Below, in pieces: positions 39,585 through 51,784 of a stretch of 64,000 nucleotides of DNA (positions within the stretch are counted from its first letter, which is position 1; every line of letters starts with the position of its first letter). Origin of the DNA: Vitrella brassicaformis CCMP3155 (taxonomy: Eukaryota > Protista > Chromerida); the NCBI GenBank assembly GCA_001179505.1, contig CDMY01000308.1, positions 62,001 to 126,000 on the forward strand. Reading direction: 5' to 3'. Under the pieces are notes generated by a model, which was given only the letters and a program-made list of their open reading frames with translations, was not told where the DNA came from and did no database searches. The position numbers were made by a program, and so were the translations under genes.

Positions 39585-41765
39585 TCAATTTCTCTTCAAA
39601 CGGCTGAAGACGTCTTGAAGAAAGCGGCGAAACAATCCCTTTGCACCACGCTGCGGGGTACCAGTCTACATAACATGAAGCAACCATCGTTTCCTCCGCC
39701 TTCCCCGCCTTCACATGACTGACTGCCCCTACTTACCGGATCAGCGCTGATCTCCTCCAGCGCTCGCCCAGGAGGAAGCTCAAAGACGTATTCCTGGAAC
39801 AGCAGCCGGTCCTTGATGTCCTCGCGTGTGGTCGGGTCCTTGGACCAGAGCGGCTTGATCGAGCCGCCTTGTGGGATGGCCCACACGATGCGCCAGGTCT
39901 TCTTGCCATCCCCGATCGCTGGGCTTGTCCTCAAGTTTGTGATCAATGATTGGTCAAATCCACTGGCTGAGTGCTCGCTGTTGGCGGTGACTTGGATGAG
40001 GTAGACGACGTCCTCAGCGCTGTCGATGTACAGCGAGTCGATGACCGCCCAGTTCTTGGCCGCGGGCACCCAGAAGCCAGGCTCGCGCACGTTGGCAAAG
40101 GGTCTTGTCTTGATTCTGCTCCGAATAAACACACGGGGCTTGTTGTCCTGCTGCGTGGTGTCCAGCGAAACCCGGATCACACCATTCAGCTTGTCCTGCT
40201 GCGTCTGCATCCTTGATGCTTGAGAGGTCTTGTTCACACGTTCCATATGGTGGTTGAGCGGCTCCAGACTTATCGGGCGCTTGGTCACTCTCAGAAACTC
40301 GTTGACAAGGCCCTCAAGCAGCGCCCCTTGCTGGCCGGCGATCTTTCTGGGGTCCATGATGATATCGAGCTCATTACTCAACTGCTGCTGGGTCAGATTT
40401 CGGATGAACGTGCCGAGGATGTAAGGCGAGCGCCAGACGACCTTCCCAAAGGTGTAGGTGCCGTTGGTCGTGGGATCGAGCGACATGAGAAGGCTCTGAG
40501 GGACATTGTCAGCTGGGACACCCCTTGGAACTTCTCCGCCCCATCGTCGAATATCGTCATACTTGACGGACTCAATGACACTGTCCACATCGGCCTTGAG
40601 CTGAGACAGAGGCGTCAGGTAATCGCGGATGATGCCACCCGCATAGAGGCGCTTGTCATCCATCTGGTCGAACCACTCGGTTCCCTCAAGGGCTGCAGCA
40701 ACCTCATCCTCAGTCCAGGTGGGCATGAGCAGATTGAGTGTGAGCTCTTTCTTGAAATCGTTGTAGTTATCCTTCCTCGACGACGCAGCCAGCAAGACGC
40801 TGCCCCGCCAAATACCAAAAAGGGCACCTTCCAAGCCTGCACCACACACACACACACACACACAAAGAGAGAGAGAGAGTGTGTCACTCTCACACAGGCA
40901 GGCGTGCAGCCCCTCTCCCTTCCGCCCTGAACTAACCGTCGATCAGCAGCCAGTCGCGTTGTGATGAGTCCAGCGGCTGCGTCTTTTGTAACTGGAACAA
41001 CGTCTCTAGCGGGTCGCGGAGTCTGACAAAGCCGTCCTTCGACAGCTCATACACCTGCTGGTCGACACTCGATGACCTGAATGAAAACCAGAAGGAGCGG
41101 GCAGGTCACATCACGTCTGGCCGCCAGCAAATCTGTGCTCACTGACCTCTTGGAGTTGTCCACGAACCAGATCTTGAAGTTCTTGCCTCGGTGCATCTCG
41201 CCTTTCAGCACGGCCAAGAAAAAGAGAAGAAACCAAGACTTGCCGACGCCCGGTGAGCCACGCAGCAGAACGTTGAAGTAATTCGGATATGAAGGCGTCT
41301 TCCTGTTCAAGTTCTTCTGCCTGTCCATAATGATCTTGGCGATGTCAACATAGGCCTTGCGGACCAACAACTTCTGACCCCCCGTGAGTGGCAGCGTGAT
41401 TGGTGCTGCCTCGAGGTTGATGGGATCCACTGACTCCCAGTATGGTTCAAGTTCGAGTCCGACCCTGAAAATCGGCGGCATGGCTTCGGCGAAGGCCTGC
41501 AAGTCAGACAGACAGACAGACAAGACGAATGAATCCACGAAATGCACTCACTCATCATGCCCAGCTGTGTCGGTCACTTGTGCACCTTCTCATCTGGCTC
41601 CTCTGCGTGAAGGGCAGTCGCCCTCTGCACGGGGCGATGCGTCGGGCGCTCCAGGCGAGTCGGCAAGGGAGCAAGAAAGGTGAGACGAGCGGATTGGCGC
41701 ACGCCAGCCACCGTATGAGCGGAGGCAAGGGACGCAGTCAGGAAAAGGGAAAGCGCAGATGCCAT
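39585..41765 (-). CDS. Crinkler/RHS-type (CR) P-loop NTPase + restriction-endonuclease-fold protein with signal peptide and transit-like leader; 5 exons, 616 aa
   Basis: Exons 41765-41586, 41496-41147, 41076-40937, 40836-39737 and 39665-39585 total 1851 nt, all GT-AG and in phase. Motifs: LLVRKAYVDI, Walker A RGSPGVGKS, Walker B WLLIDG, LLAASSR..NYNDFKK, LMPTWTEDEV, GGIIRDYL, and REase FWVP..KNWAVIDS...YLIQVT...H. Confidence 0.85.
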
Positions 41766-42325
41766 AGCGGTGACCTGTGAATGAATGCAGAGAAAGCGCA
41801 CAACACGACATCTGGCATGAGATGTCATTCATCAACGTCGTAGATCTCCTCACGAAGAAAAAAGCTCCGCGAGCTCGAGCTCGCGGCAGTTCCAACGGGA
41901 GAAGAGCCTTCCCGATCTCCCATCTCCCTTTCACCAGGTGGATGACGCAGGTGTGCACAGATCTGCTCTTGACCCATCCACTTCATCTCATTCATCCATC
42001 TCTCTGTGCTGTGAGCAGGTGTGTGGTTTCTTTCACTCTGACGACTGGGAGGCCTGACGAGGGATGAATCAGAGGATCCTCATCCGTCAGCCCGCTGCAG
42101 CAAGGTCTCTCTGTGGCAAGAGCTCTTGACGCAGACAATTCATGGGATCGGTTTGGTGTGGTGTGCCTTCAGGTGACGGCGGAATCGATTGCTGCTGGAC
42201 GGCTATAGGCTGGCGGTGAGGAACGAGGCTGCGTATACGTGGACCCGCCGGCCATTGTTCATTGTCCTGGTCATGTGCTTGTGGTGTGGTGTGTGCAGTG
42301 AGCCCCTGGTTGATTGTGTGGCCTG

Positions 42326-45300
42326 ATGGACACCGATGACGGAGGTGCTGCAGGCGGGCGGCCGTGTGTCGATGGCAGTGGCTGCCGCGACGTCCTGCAC
42401 AAGATACACTCGGTGAGGGACGAGGGGAAGAGGAGGGCTCACCAGGTCCATCGCTGTGTTGGGATTGCCTGGCAGGTCGCCTCTCAGATTGCCTCTGATG
42501 CTGAGAGGGCAGAGCACATCATAGCCACACACGCCGACGACAAATCACAGGTCCGCACGGAGACACCACAGTCAGCCGAGCTGCACAACTTGCTGGGCGT
42601 CTGTTTCGGTGGTGCAGGATGTTGCATCGCTGGCCGGCAGCCTATCCACCATACTGGACACCCTCACCGACGCCCAGTCGGCCCTCGGCAACGAGTTGGC
42701 ACAGATGTCCAGTGACCGCGACACACACGTGAGGATTGCATGGGAAGACCGATAATGGCTCACAAAGGCCGACAAGCAGTGACGTCCATCTCTCTCTCCT
42801 CTGTGCGTGTTTGGGTCAATGTCAGCGGATGGAAGGCGACGGCAGGCTGTTTCGCTGTATCCACCGGGTGGGCGGTGCAGTAGGAGGACGGGCGGCAGAG
42901 CCAGCAATGCCGGTCGGTGTGCACATGGATACACAGACAGACAGACAGACAGACAGATGGATGGACCAGCATCTATCTGTGATGCTTTCTTGGTGTCCAT
43001 CCAGGTGCCTGTTGGCGACGGAGGTAAGCGCGCGTGTGTAGCTATCAGCCCGGCTGCCGCTGCTGCAACTGCGAATAGCAAAAGTACACCAACCACACAG
43101 AGGTGAAAGTACTGAGAATCCCATGTTGTGCTGTCTTGTGTTTTGCCTTTGCCGGGTGGGTCGGTTGGTGTCTGCGGTGCTGCAGCAGCGACACCAAGGC
43201 CGATGAACAAACCAAAGGTGACACTAAAAGTGGCAACCACTATGACTGCCTTCACCAGTGTGCACATGTGTGGGTGTCAGAAGTACGGCCGTCCGAGTCT
43301 GTCTGGTCTGCCTGAGGACGTCTTCAGCCACCTGGACTCCTTCGTCACCAGCATCGTCGTCTCCCGGCTGGCCAAGGTCAACAAGGAGACTCACCAGAAG
43401 GCCACCGACCAGAACCTCGGCATGTTCCGGCACTTCACCCTGACGAGCGACGAGGAAGAGACCTACAGAAAGGTCAAGGGCGTCAGGGAGATGCAGCACA
43501 TGGTGAGAGGGCTGGGATTGGGAGGGACACATGGGTGGGTGGGTGGATGGATGGATGCTTTCTGGTCTGTGCGTGTGGATGCAGGGGAAGATCCAGACGG
43601 CCCACATCGAGAGCTCCAGTGTGCCCGCGTGTCTGTCGAGGTGCCTGGAGGCGTCGAGGCTGACGCTCACCCGGCTGACCGTGATAGCCCCTGACCAGCC
43701 GCGCTCTGCCCCGCGGGCCCCCATCGATATGCGTCGTGCGCCTGCCCTGCCCACCCACTTCCCAAACATCACACACATGACCATCCAGTCGGCTGCATGG
43801 CTCAGCCACCTCAGGTGAGTATGAGGCGTGTGTGTGTGTGTGTGTGTCTTTCCAAGCACCGTCACTCTTTCTTTCTGTGTGAATGCGTTTAGGTATCGTC
43901 AATGGACTTTTCCCAACTTGAGGGCCCTTCGGGTGGGCAGCATCTACGAGTCGGCCGACCTGATGGCACTGCTCGACGCGATGCCCATGATCGAGCGGCT
44001 GGAGGCAGCGTGCATCGGCTTCTACGACGAGGAACAGGAGGCATTTCTCGCCCTTCTCGGTGGCCGCCCCCACCTGACCACCGTCACCGGCCTGCAGACC
44101 TACATGGAAGAATGCTACCCCAGCTACAGATTCGGCTGTGAAAACGAGGTCAAGAAGGCCGTCGATGCCAACTGGAGCAAACAGGACAACGAAGGTGACT
44201 CGAACCGAACGAACAAATGATGCGTGAAGCGGATGAAATCTCGGTGCCGTGTGCGCCCTTCCTCCCTCTCTCGGATGAATGAGTGCAGGTGTGCCCAAGA
44301 AGCTGGGGTTCGTCGTGCCGCGTTTGTGGATCGGTGTGGACTACGGCCAACAAAAGGCGGCCGATGTGGAGGCCTTCAGAAAGTGGGCCGAGGAGGTCAA
44401 CTGTGAGGTCAAGTGGGAGCTGGGCGAAGACGGCGGCATGAACATCGACTGCAGCAGCAGCGGTGCCACTGCCCTCCCAGCGCCCGGCGGATTCTTCGGC
44501 GATTTCGCGACGCAGATGGCCGCCAAAGCAAAAACGGTGAGCAAGCAAGAAAGCTATGAAGGCCGAGCGCATCTGTTCATGTCTGTGTCATGTAGGTGTG
44601 TTTGTATGTGGGTGGCTCTCCGCTGCACGAGAGCTGGCGCGACAAGCTGGCCTTCCCCAATGCCAAGAAGCTCTTCATCGAAGACCATGAAATGGGCGTG
44701 AGCGCCTCAGAAGCGGAGGACAGCATACCCACCTGGCTCGCCAACGATGACGCAGACGGAGAGAGGGCGGCGTGTAGTGGGTTCCCCTCTGTAGAGCACC
44801 TGAGTGTCGGTTTCCTGTCATACCTCTCTGTCGATGAGATGTGTGAGCATCCGAGCAAGCTGAGCCTGCTGCTGGGGGGCCTCAGGTCAGTCAGGCAAGT
44901 CAGCTTCTCTTCTCCCATCTGGTGCCTCTCGGCTGCCTGTGAGCTGCTGTCCTACCTGCCTGTCACACACCTGGATGAGGTCACCTTCCTCGACACACCT
45001 GAAGAGAGCACCGGGGTGCACATAGAGGGGGGCCTGGGGTGTCCACGCATTCAGTGCATGTGCAGTGGGAGGATGAGTTTTGACAGAAAGGCGCGTGTGC
45101 AGTCGTTTCTGCGGCTGGTGCTCACACTGCGGCCAGTCAGTGTGCGTCTCTCTCTCCGTGCTGATAGGAGCGATCTGCAGGGGGCCGATGAGGCCCCTAG
45201 AATACGCGATCTGCGCGGCTTTGCGTGTGAGTGTTTCGAGGAGGTCGAGGCACACTACAGCGTGACGGGGGGAAAGATTGAGGACACGAGGGGCGGGTAC

Positions 45301-45336
45301 TATTACACGCTGAATGTGCAGCTGGCGGCCAAGTGA
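42326..45336 (+). CDS. F-box-like + LRR-like protein, paralogue A
   Basis: SLSGLPEDVFSHLDSFVTSIVVSRLAKVNKETH is F-box-like; WTFPNLRALRV..AMPMIERLEA is LRR-like. Exon-by-exon similarity to 47748-51014. Stop at 45336. Confidence 0.75.
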
Positions 45337-45684
45337 GTGAGCCGATGGTGCACAGTGGTGTGGGCGGGACTGACCTGTTGTGTGTCAGTGAGGGATTGAT
45401 AATGGTGTGTTAGAGTGTTTGGACGAGGGGATGGCTGCTGTGTATGAGGCTGGCCTCGCCCTTATGGCCCTGACTGGTGTGTGCTCGATGGACACATGTG
45501 ATTGATGCGCGGGATGGATGTCGGTGAATGTTTGTGTGTGGTGGGAGACAATGACCACTGCATCTTCACATTGATTGAGAAATTCCGCCACGCACACAAA
45601 CACACACATTCACACACACTGCAGTCCGTCTGTGTCAATCCACTCCAGCCCCTCACCCTTGGCACCCCTTCACCCCAGCCCATT

Positions 45685-46044
45685 CAGGCAGCCACACCAT
45701 CCACAGTGCATCCACCAACTTATCTGTCTGTCGGTCTCTCAAACAGCCGTCCTTCCTGCATCCCGTCTGCTCTCGCGTGGCCAGACAGGCAGGAAGACAA
45801 ACTCTCTGTACACTCGAGAGTTGAGAAACGAGTCAGTCAGTCTACGGCTACGGCTGGCTGATTGCAGGCAGCCACACCACCCACAGTGCATCCGTCAACC
45901 TGTCTGTCGGTCTCTCGCACACACCTGCCTGCCTGCCTGCCATCTGCTCGCGATGGACAGACAGACAGACAGACAGACAGGCCGTCTGTACACGCGAGAG
46001 TTGAGAGCTCAATGAATTAGCCTATGGCTACGTCTAGTTGGTTG
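45685..46044. repeat. Tandem duplication with 180-bp period covering the 3' end/UTR of gene B
   Basis: caggcagccacacc..cacagtgcatcc..ctgtcggtctctc..ctgtacac.cgagagttgaga recurs at 45685 and 45865. Confidence 0.85.
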
Positions 46045-47366
46045 CCAAACGCCACCTGTGCGTCGTCCCCCATGACCCGCTGCGCCACCCTCACTGTCTG
46101 GGGGATCCTGGCCGCACCCTCCTTGCCCGCCACCTGACGCTCCGTCGTCCAGAGGATGGCGCGGGCAAAGTCGGGGTAGCTGATGATGGCGATGGATGCC
46201 TCGAATGGCTGGTCGCCATGCAGCACTATCATGCGGTCGCGGCCTCCTCCCGCCGCATTGTGGCTGGTGCCGACAGTGTGGCAGTGCCACACGGGCGGCT
46301 GCTGCCTGGCGAGCTGCCGCTGCAGAGAAAGTGAGATGTGACAATGAGGGAGTGGGGCAGCTGGTGAGGCGCTACTTTGTGTGTGGGTGTGTGAGACTGA
46401 CCAGTCGGTCGTAGCTTGGGGCATTGTTCTGCTGATGGACAGTCTGGTCCGCGACGAATCGTCCCCAACGCATCCTGATGGATCATACACATCATGGCGG
46501 AGCGGCGCAGCCAATGTCTTTATGTGTTCGTGTGTGTCATTCTGCTCATTTTGCTCACTGATACAACACAGCGCTGCGAACTGAAGCATAGTCGGCACCT
46601 GCACACAGACAAAGACACGCCACCAAATGGTCCCTCTCCCATAGCTTTCCTGCCCCTCTCTCGCTCACCGTCAATGTGACACACGGGGTTGGCCTCGTCG
46701 AACATGTTGCGGAATGGGCTGTTGGCCGGCAGCGTCTGCAGTGAGCGGATGGTCACCTGATACCTACCCAGCCGCTCCTCGCCGTCGACGCGCTCGAGCG
46801 CCACACCGAGGTGGCGGCCGATGAGGGACAGCTGGCGCAGCGCCTCACACCGCTCGTGGTAGACTGCCCGGCTGCCCACCGCCTCCACAGCAGCACTGCC
46901 CAGCTCTATCGGCAACCGCCCCACCAGCCCCCGATGCTTCGCCACCCTGACGATGGCCTCCCACCCCGCCCACTCGCCGCTCTTCTCGATGGTGTACTGC
47001 CACATACACAAATGACACATAAAATGTGAGAGTCGGAGTGCGTCCAAGTGTGTACCAGCAGCCGCAGCAGGAAGTCCATCGGCGCATCCGCGCCCGCCGC
47101 GGCACCCGATAGCTAACGACATTCTGGATGGCCTTGGCGACAATCAGGCGCTCGATTTGCGATTTGATGTAGTCCTCCGACACACGATGGCTGCCGAGGG
47201 GGCATGTGTGCCGAAAGAGACTGAGGCCGTCAGCGCCCATTGAGAAAAACAGCTCCCGCTCGACGTCTTGCGGTAAGCGGAACAAACGGAGCGGCTGATT
47301 GGCCGAACCAGCAGCGCTGGAGGCGGCGGCTGAGGCCGCCACCGGGCCCTTCTGCCGCTTCCTCAT
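46017..47366 (-). CDS. Uncharacterised lineage-family protein with N-terminal F-box-like segment, paralogue B
   Basis: MRKRQKGPVAASAAASS...LFRLPQDVERELFF...; last exon ends RMIVLHGDQPFEAS...VAFGNQLDVAIG*. Near-colinear with 56508-57907. Confidence 0.75.
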
Positions 47367-47747
47367 CCCATTCACTGCTCCTTCCGTTTACGCTGCGAGC
47401 TCTAGCGATAAGGCAAGTGCTCGTGCACTTGAGGCGATTGACACATCGCAGAGAAATCTATATCGCTGGACTTATGCGGGGCGATGTTTTGATCACTGTC
47501 ATCTCATCTGAGCGGCGCTGACCATCGGCCAAACAGGCAAGCAAACAGAGAGGCTGAGGAAGGCAGACACCCTCAGGCAGTCAGGCAGTCAGCAGGGCAG
47601 ACGAGATGCAGAGAAACAAACAAACAAACAAAGAGAACGACGTTTGGAACTGCGGCTGTGTTTGCTTGGTGTGTTTGTCAGTGGTGGTGAGCTGTCAGGT
47701 TTTGAAGCGACTTAGTAGCGACAGCGCAGATGGCTGACGGCGGATTG

Positions 47748-50700
47748 ATGGACTTAGACAAACATGACGGCCCGGCCGCCTCTGCTGCAGGTCACCACAC
47801 CACCACCTCCACACACACTCGCCGGGTGTGATTGACCGGCCTCACCTTTATGTTGCTGGCGTGCTGTGCTGCAGGTGGGCAGGGCAGCGGGCCGAATTGC
47901 GGCGGTAGCTGCTCTCGAGATCTTCTGCAGAAGATACGTTTGATGCGTTCGGTAAGACGGGAGAGAGGAGAGAGGTCTACACATCACATGCAGCAAGGAG
48001 TGCCATTCGTTGTGTTGTATTGGCTTGCAGCTCGTGCCTCAGTTGGCGTCTGGTCTTGAGCGGGCAGAGAACATCATAGCCACACACACCGACAACGAAT
48101 CACAGGTCCGCACGGAAATACCACACACACAGCCGAAAAACAGCGGCACTCACTCTTCTGTCTATGGCCCGCAGGATGGTGCATCGCTGGCCGGCAGCCT
48201 GTCGTCCATTCTGGACACCCTCACCGACGCCCACTCGGCCTTGACCGAGCAGCTGACACAGCCGTCGACTGACCACATAACCCATAAAACACATGTACGA
48301 CTGCGACGACAAGTGGAGGGCTCACACAGGCCGACTTAGACAGACAGACTTTCCCTGTCTGTCTGTCTGTCTGTGTCAGGGCAACTCGAACGACATTGGG
48401 GCGTTGGTATCTGAGGGGCTGGATCGGACCGATGATGGCGCACAGCACAGCAAGGCGGTACACACAGACTCACAAACAAGCCGAACCACACATATGGGGG
48501 GACGACGTCACGGTATGTGTTCAGGTGGCTGTTGGTGGCGGCAAGCGTGCACGTGTAGCTATCGAAGCGGCTGCTGAAGGTACCCACACACACACAGACA
48601 GATGGACGACGGCACGTATCTGGTGTTGTGTGGTGCCTTCAGCTGGTTCGGTTGGCGTGTGTGTTGGTGCAGTAGCGACACAGCAGCAGGGCGCCAGCTC
48701 GAGGGTGACACACACGCACGCGAAAGCTTACATGGCGATCGCTGCTCTCACGTTTCTCAACCTGTATGTCAGAAGGACCACGGCCGGCCGTGTCTGTCGG
48801 GTCTGCCTGCAGCCGTCATGGGCCACATGGGCTCCTTCCTCACAACGATCGATAACATCGGCCGCCTCTCGCGCGTCAACAGGGAGACCCACATGAAGGC
48901 CACCGACAAGACGTACGGCGTCTTTCGCAACTTCACCATGACGCGTCGTGAGGAGGACACCTACCGCAAGCTCAAGACGCTGCAGAACTTGAAAGATGAG
49001 GTCAGATGAGAGTGGAGGGTCGTTTGGCGGAGCCGTGATGTGTGAGCTTATCGTCTAATGCAGGCTAGGACCCACACGAGGGCCGTCGAGACGACGCTTG
49101 GCCTCTTCGGCAACTTCGCGGACGTCTCTGTGGTAGATGACGCCTCCACAGTCAAGAAGATGCCGCACACAGCGGTAAGAGACCTCACACGGAGACACAT
49201 TGAAGGACAGACAGACAGACAGACAGACAGAGGCTCTGTGTATACGCAGCGCTCTGTCGATGTGTGTGTGTGTGCAGGGCAAGATCCAGGCGGCTCATGT
49301 GGAGGCCAGAGAGGTGCCGCCTGTGGTGTCGGAGCTGCTGGAGGCCAACAAGGACAAGCTCAAGAAGATCACCCTGGACGTCGAGTACTGCTACTTACGG
49401 AGGTCGGATGCCGAGCCCATCGTATTCTCATCCGTTACACACCTGGACGTCCGTCGCTCAGCAGGTCTTGAGTTCATAAGGTATACACAGAGGGGAGTCA
49501 GAGTTGACGCGACCGCGCAGTCATTCTTGTCTTGGGTCGACGTCTGTTTGTCTGCAGTGCTCGTCGATGGAAGTTCCCGGCAGTCACCACCCTCCGACTC
49601 GGTCGCATCGGCAATAGGGATGCCGCCTCTTTGGTGCGTCTGCTCCGCGAATCGCCCAAGATCGAGTGGCTGGAGGCTGACCGCATCACGTTCGACCGCA
49701 CGCAATTGACCAACTTCCGCGATGCCCTCGCCCGCTGCCCCAACCTCACCGCCATCAGCAGCTTCCGGGTCTGCTTCGAGCAGCTCGGCCACATCAGCCA
49801 GCTCAAGGACACCCTCAGCCAGCACTGGATCAAGTCGGACAAGAAAGGTACAGGACCGGCGCACCAAAGCACTTCATTCAGGGGGCCGAGTGATCTGTCT
49901 GTCTCACCCATTGCAGAAGTGCCGAAGACGCTGGGCATCGTGGTGGAGGGCATTTCGTTGATCGGTGTGGACTACGGGCGGGGGAAGGGGGCGGCCGACA
50001 TAGCGGGCGTCAGCGAATGGGCGACGGACGTCAACTGCCAGATTGTGTGCTGGCCAGTCTGCTTGGGCAAGCTGACCATCGATTGCGGCAGCAGCGATGC
50101 CATTGCCACTCCTGCGCCCGGCGGCCTCTACGGACAGATCGCCACGCGGCTGGCGGCCAATGCGACCGATGTAGGGAACGCACAGACGGGAGGGAGGGAG
50201 GAACTGCATCCGACTGGGCACCATGTGTGTGTCTGCATCTGCCCTGTGTGTATGCAGGTTCAGTTATGGCTTGGTGGCACTCCGCTGGACGAGTCGTGGC
50301 GTCACAAGCTCATCTTCCACAAGGCCAAGAAGCTCACTATCAACATCAAGCGTGGCGCAAGCGCAGCAGAGGTGGTCGACAGCATCCCCACATGGCTGAC
50401 CGAGAGGCAGGGAGAGTCGCAGGGGGCGACCAGCCGATGCTTCCCCGCTGTCGAGCACCTGACGGTGTCCTCTTTCTCGCTGTCTTTGGCTGACGTGCGT
50501 GCCGCCAGCAGCAAGCTTAGCCCGCTTTTGTGCGGGCTGACGACACTCAAGCGCGTCGAGCTCTATGGTGTGTCTAGCTTCGCTGCTGCACATGAGCTTC
50601 TCTCTTTTCTCACTGTAGACAAGCTAGACTCACCTGTGAGCTTGTCTGTTACCTCACTGTAGGAAAGCTAGATGGGGTCCGTGGGATGGGCGTGTGGTGT

Positions 50701-51014
50701 GCGAGTGGCCGGCGGACGCCCCTACCATATGGGGTGTCCGCTGCGCTCTCATCCACCATCTGACCTCTCCACACCTATGCAGCAAGGCAGGCGTGAGGGA
50801 CTTCTTCGAGCTAGCTTCTGCTGTGCGGCCAGTGAGGGTCCGCTTGTTTGCTGAGTTGGTTGATAGTGAGTTGACGGGGGACAGTCGCACCTCCAGACTG
50901 GCGGACCTCCGCTCGTTCATGGAGGACTGCCTCAGGCAGGTCGCAACACACTACACAATCGACTCAGAGGATAGCAAGTGCGAGTGTGCCAATCGGTATT
51001 GGGGTGGGAGGTGA
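47748..51014 (+). CDS. F-box-like + LRR-like protein, paralogue A'
   Basis: CLSGLPAAVMGHMGSFLTTIDNIGRLSRVNRETH, WKFPAVTTLRLG and RCPNLTAIS. Same exon series as gene A plus one extra exon (49064-49174). Confidence 0.75.
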
Positions 51015-51784
51015 CGCCCCACACTCAAATTGATGGCCAAGTGAGGCGCGGCAAGACAGACAAGCTAGGCTATTCTTGTGTGGACAGCATGCGCCACATG
51101 GGGGGGTTGGAGAGGGGGAGAGGCGAGGGTCTGGCCTGCTTGTCGTCTTGATTGATGCATCCTCGTCTGCGTGGCATTGTGTGTGTGTGCCTCTGCCTAT
51201 CGACACTCTGCCGACTGTGATGTCCATGACTGTCCATGCGGCGTTGCATCGGTCGCTCTTGCCCGCTCTGTCTCTCTTGTCCTTCATCCATCGCCCCCCT
51301 CCTCTCGACTGACCAGCCGACTTTCCAGCAGCAGTGAGTGCATCCATTCACACACCCACTGTATGTGTCGGTGGTCACCGGTCGAGTGAGGGCGGCTGAA
51401 GGCAAGGACGAGAGGAGAGCGGCACACAGTGAGCGGAATGTCATGGCCCTGACATGGATGATGGAGTGGATGCCGTGTGACTGCCAAGACACCGTGATGA
51501 GTGATGATGAGACTACTTCTTAAGTGATCGCTGCATTCAGAGGTCTTTTCTCTATCGGCCCATCCCAAGCAAGCACGTGTGCATCCCCCGATGTGACCCA
51601 AGCTGCCACCCTCCCAACTGTGCGCATGCATCACTCAGTCACACACAGGCCATCCCGTTGGTGACATGTATGTCTCCCACCCGACAACCACGGCACAAAC
51701 CACAAATCCCTGTCTCACACACCCCACAAATCCATCTAGTCCATGACCTGGCTGGTCTCGACAGTCTACACCCAGCGCTCCAGT

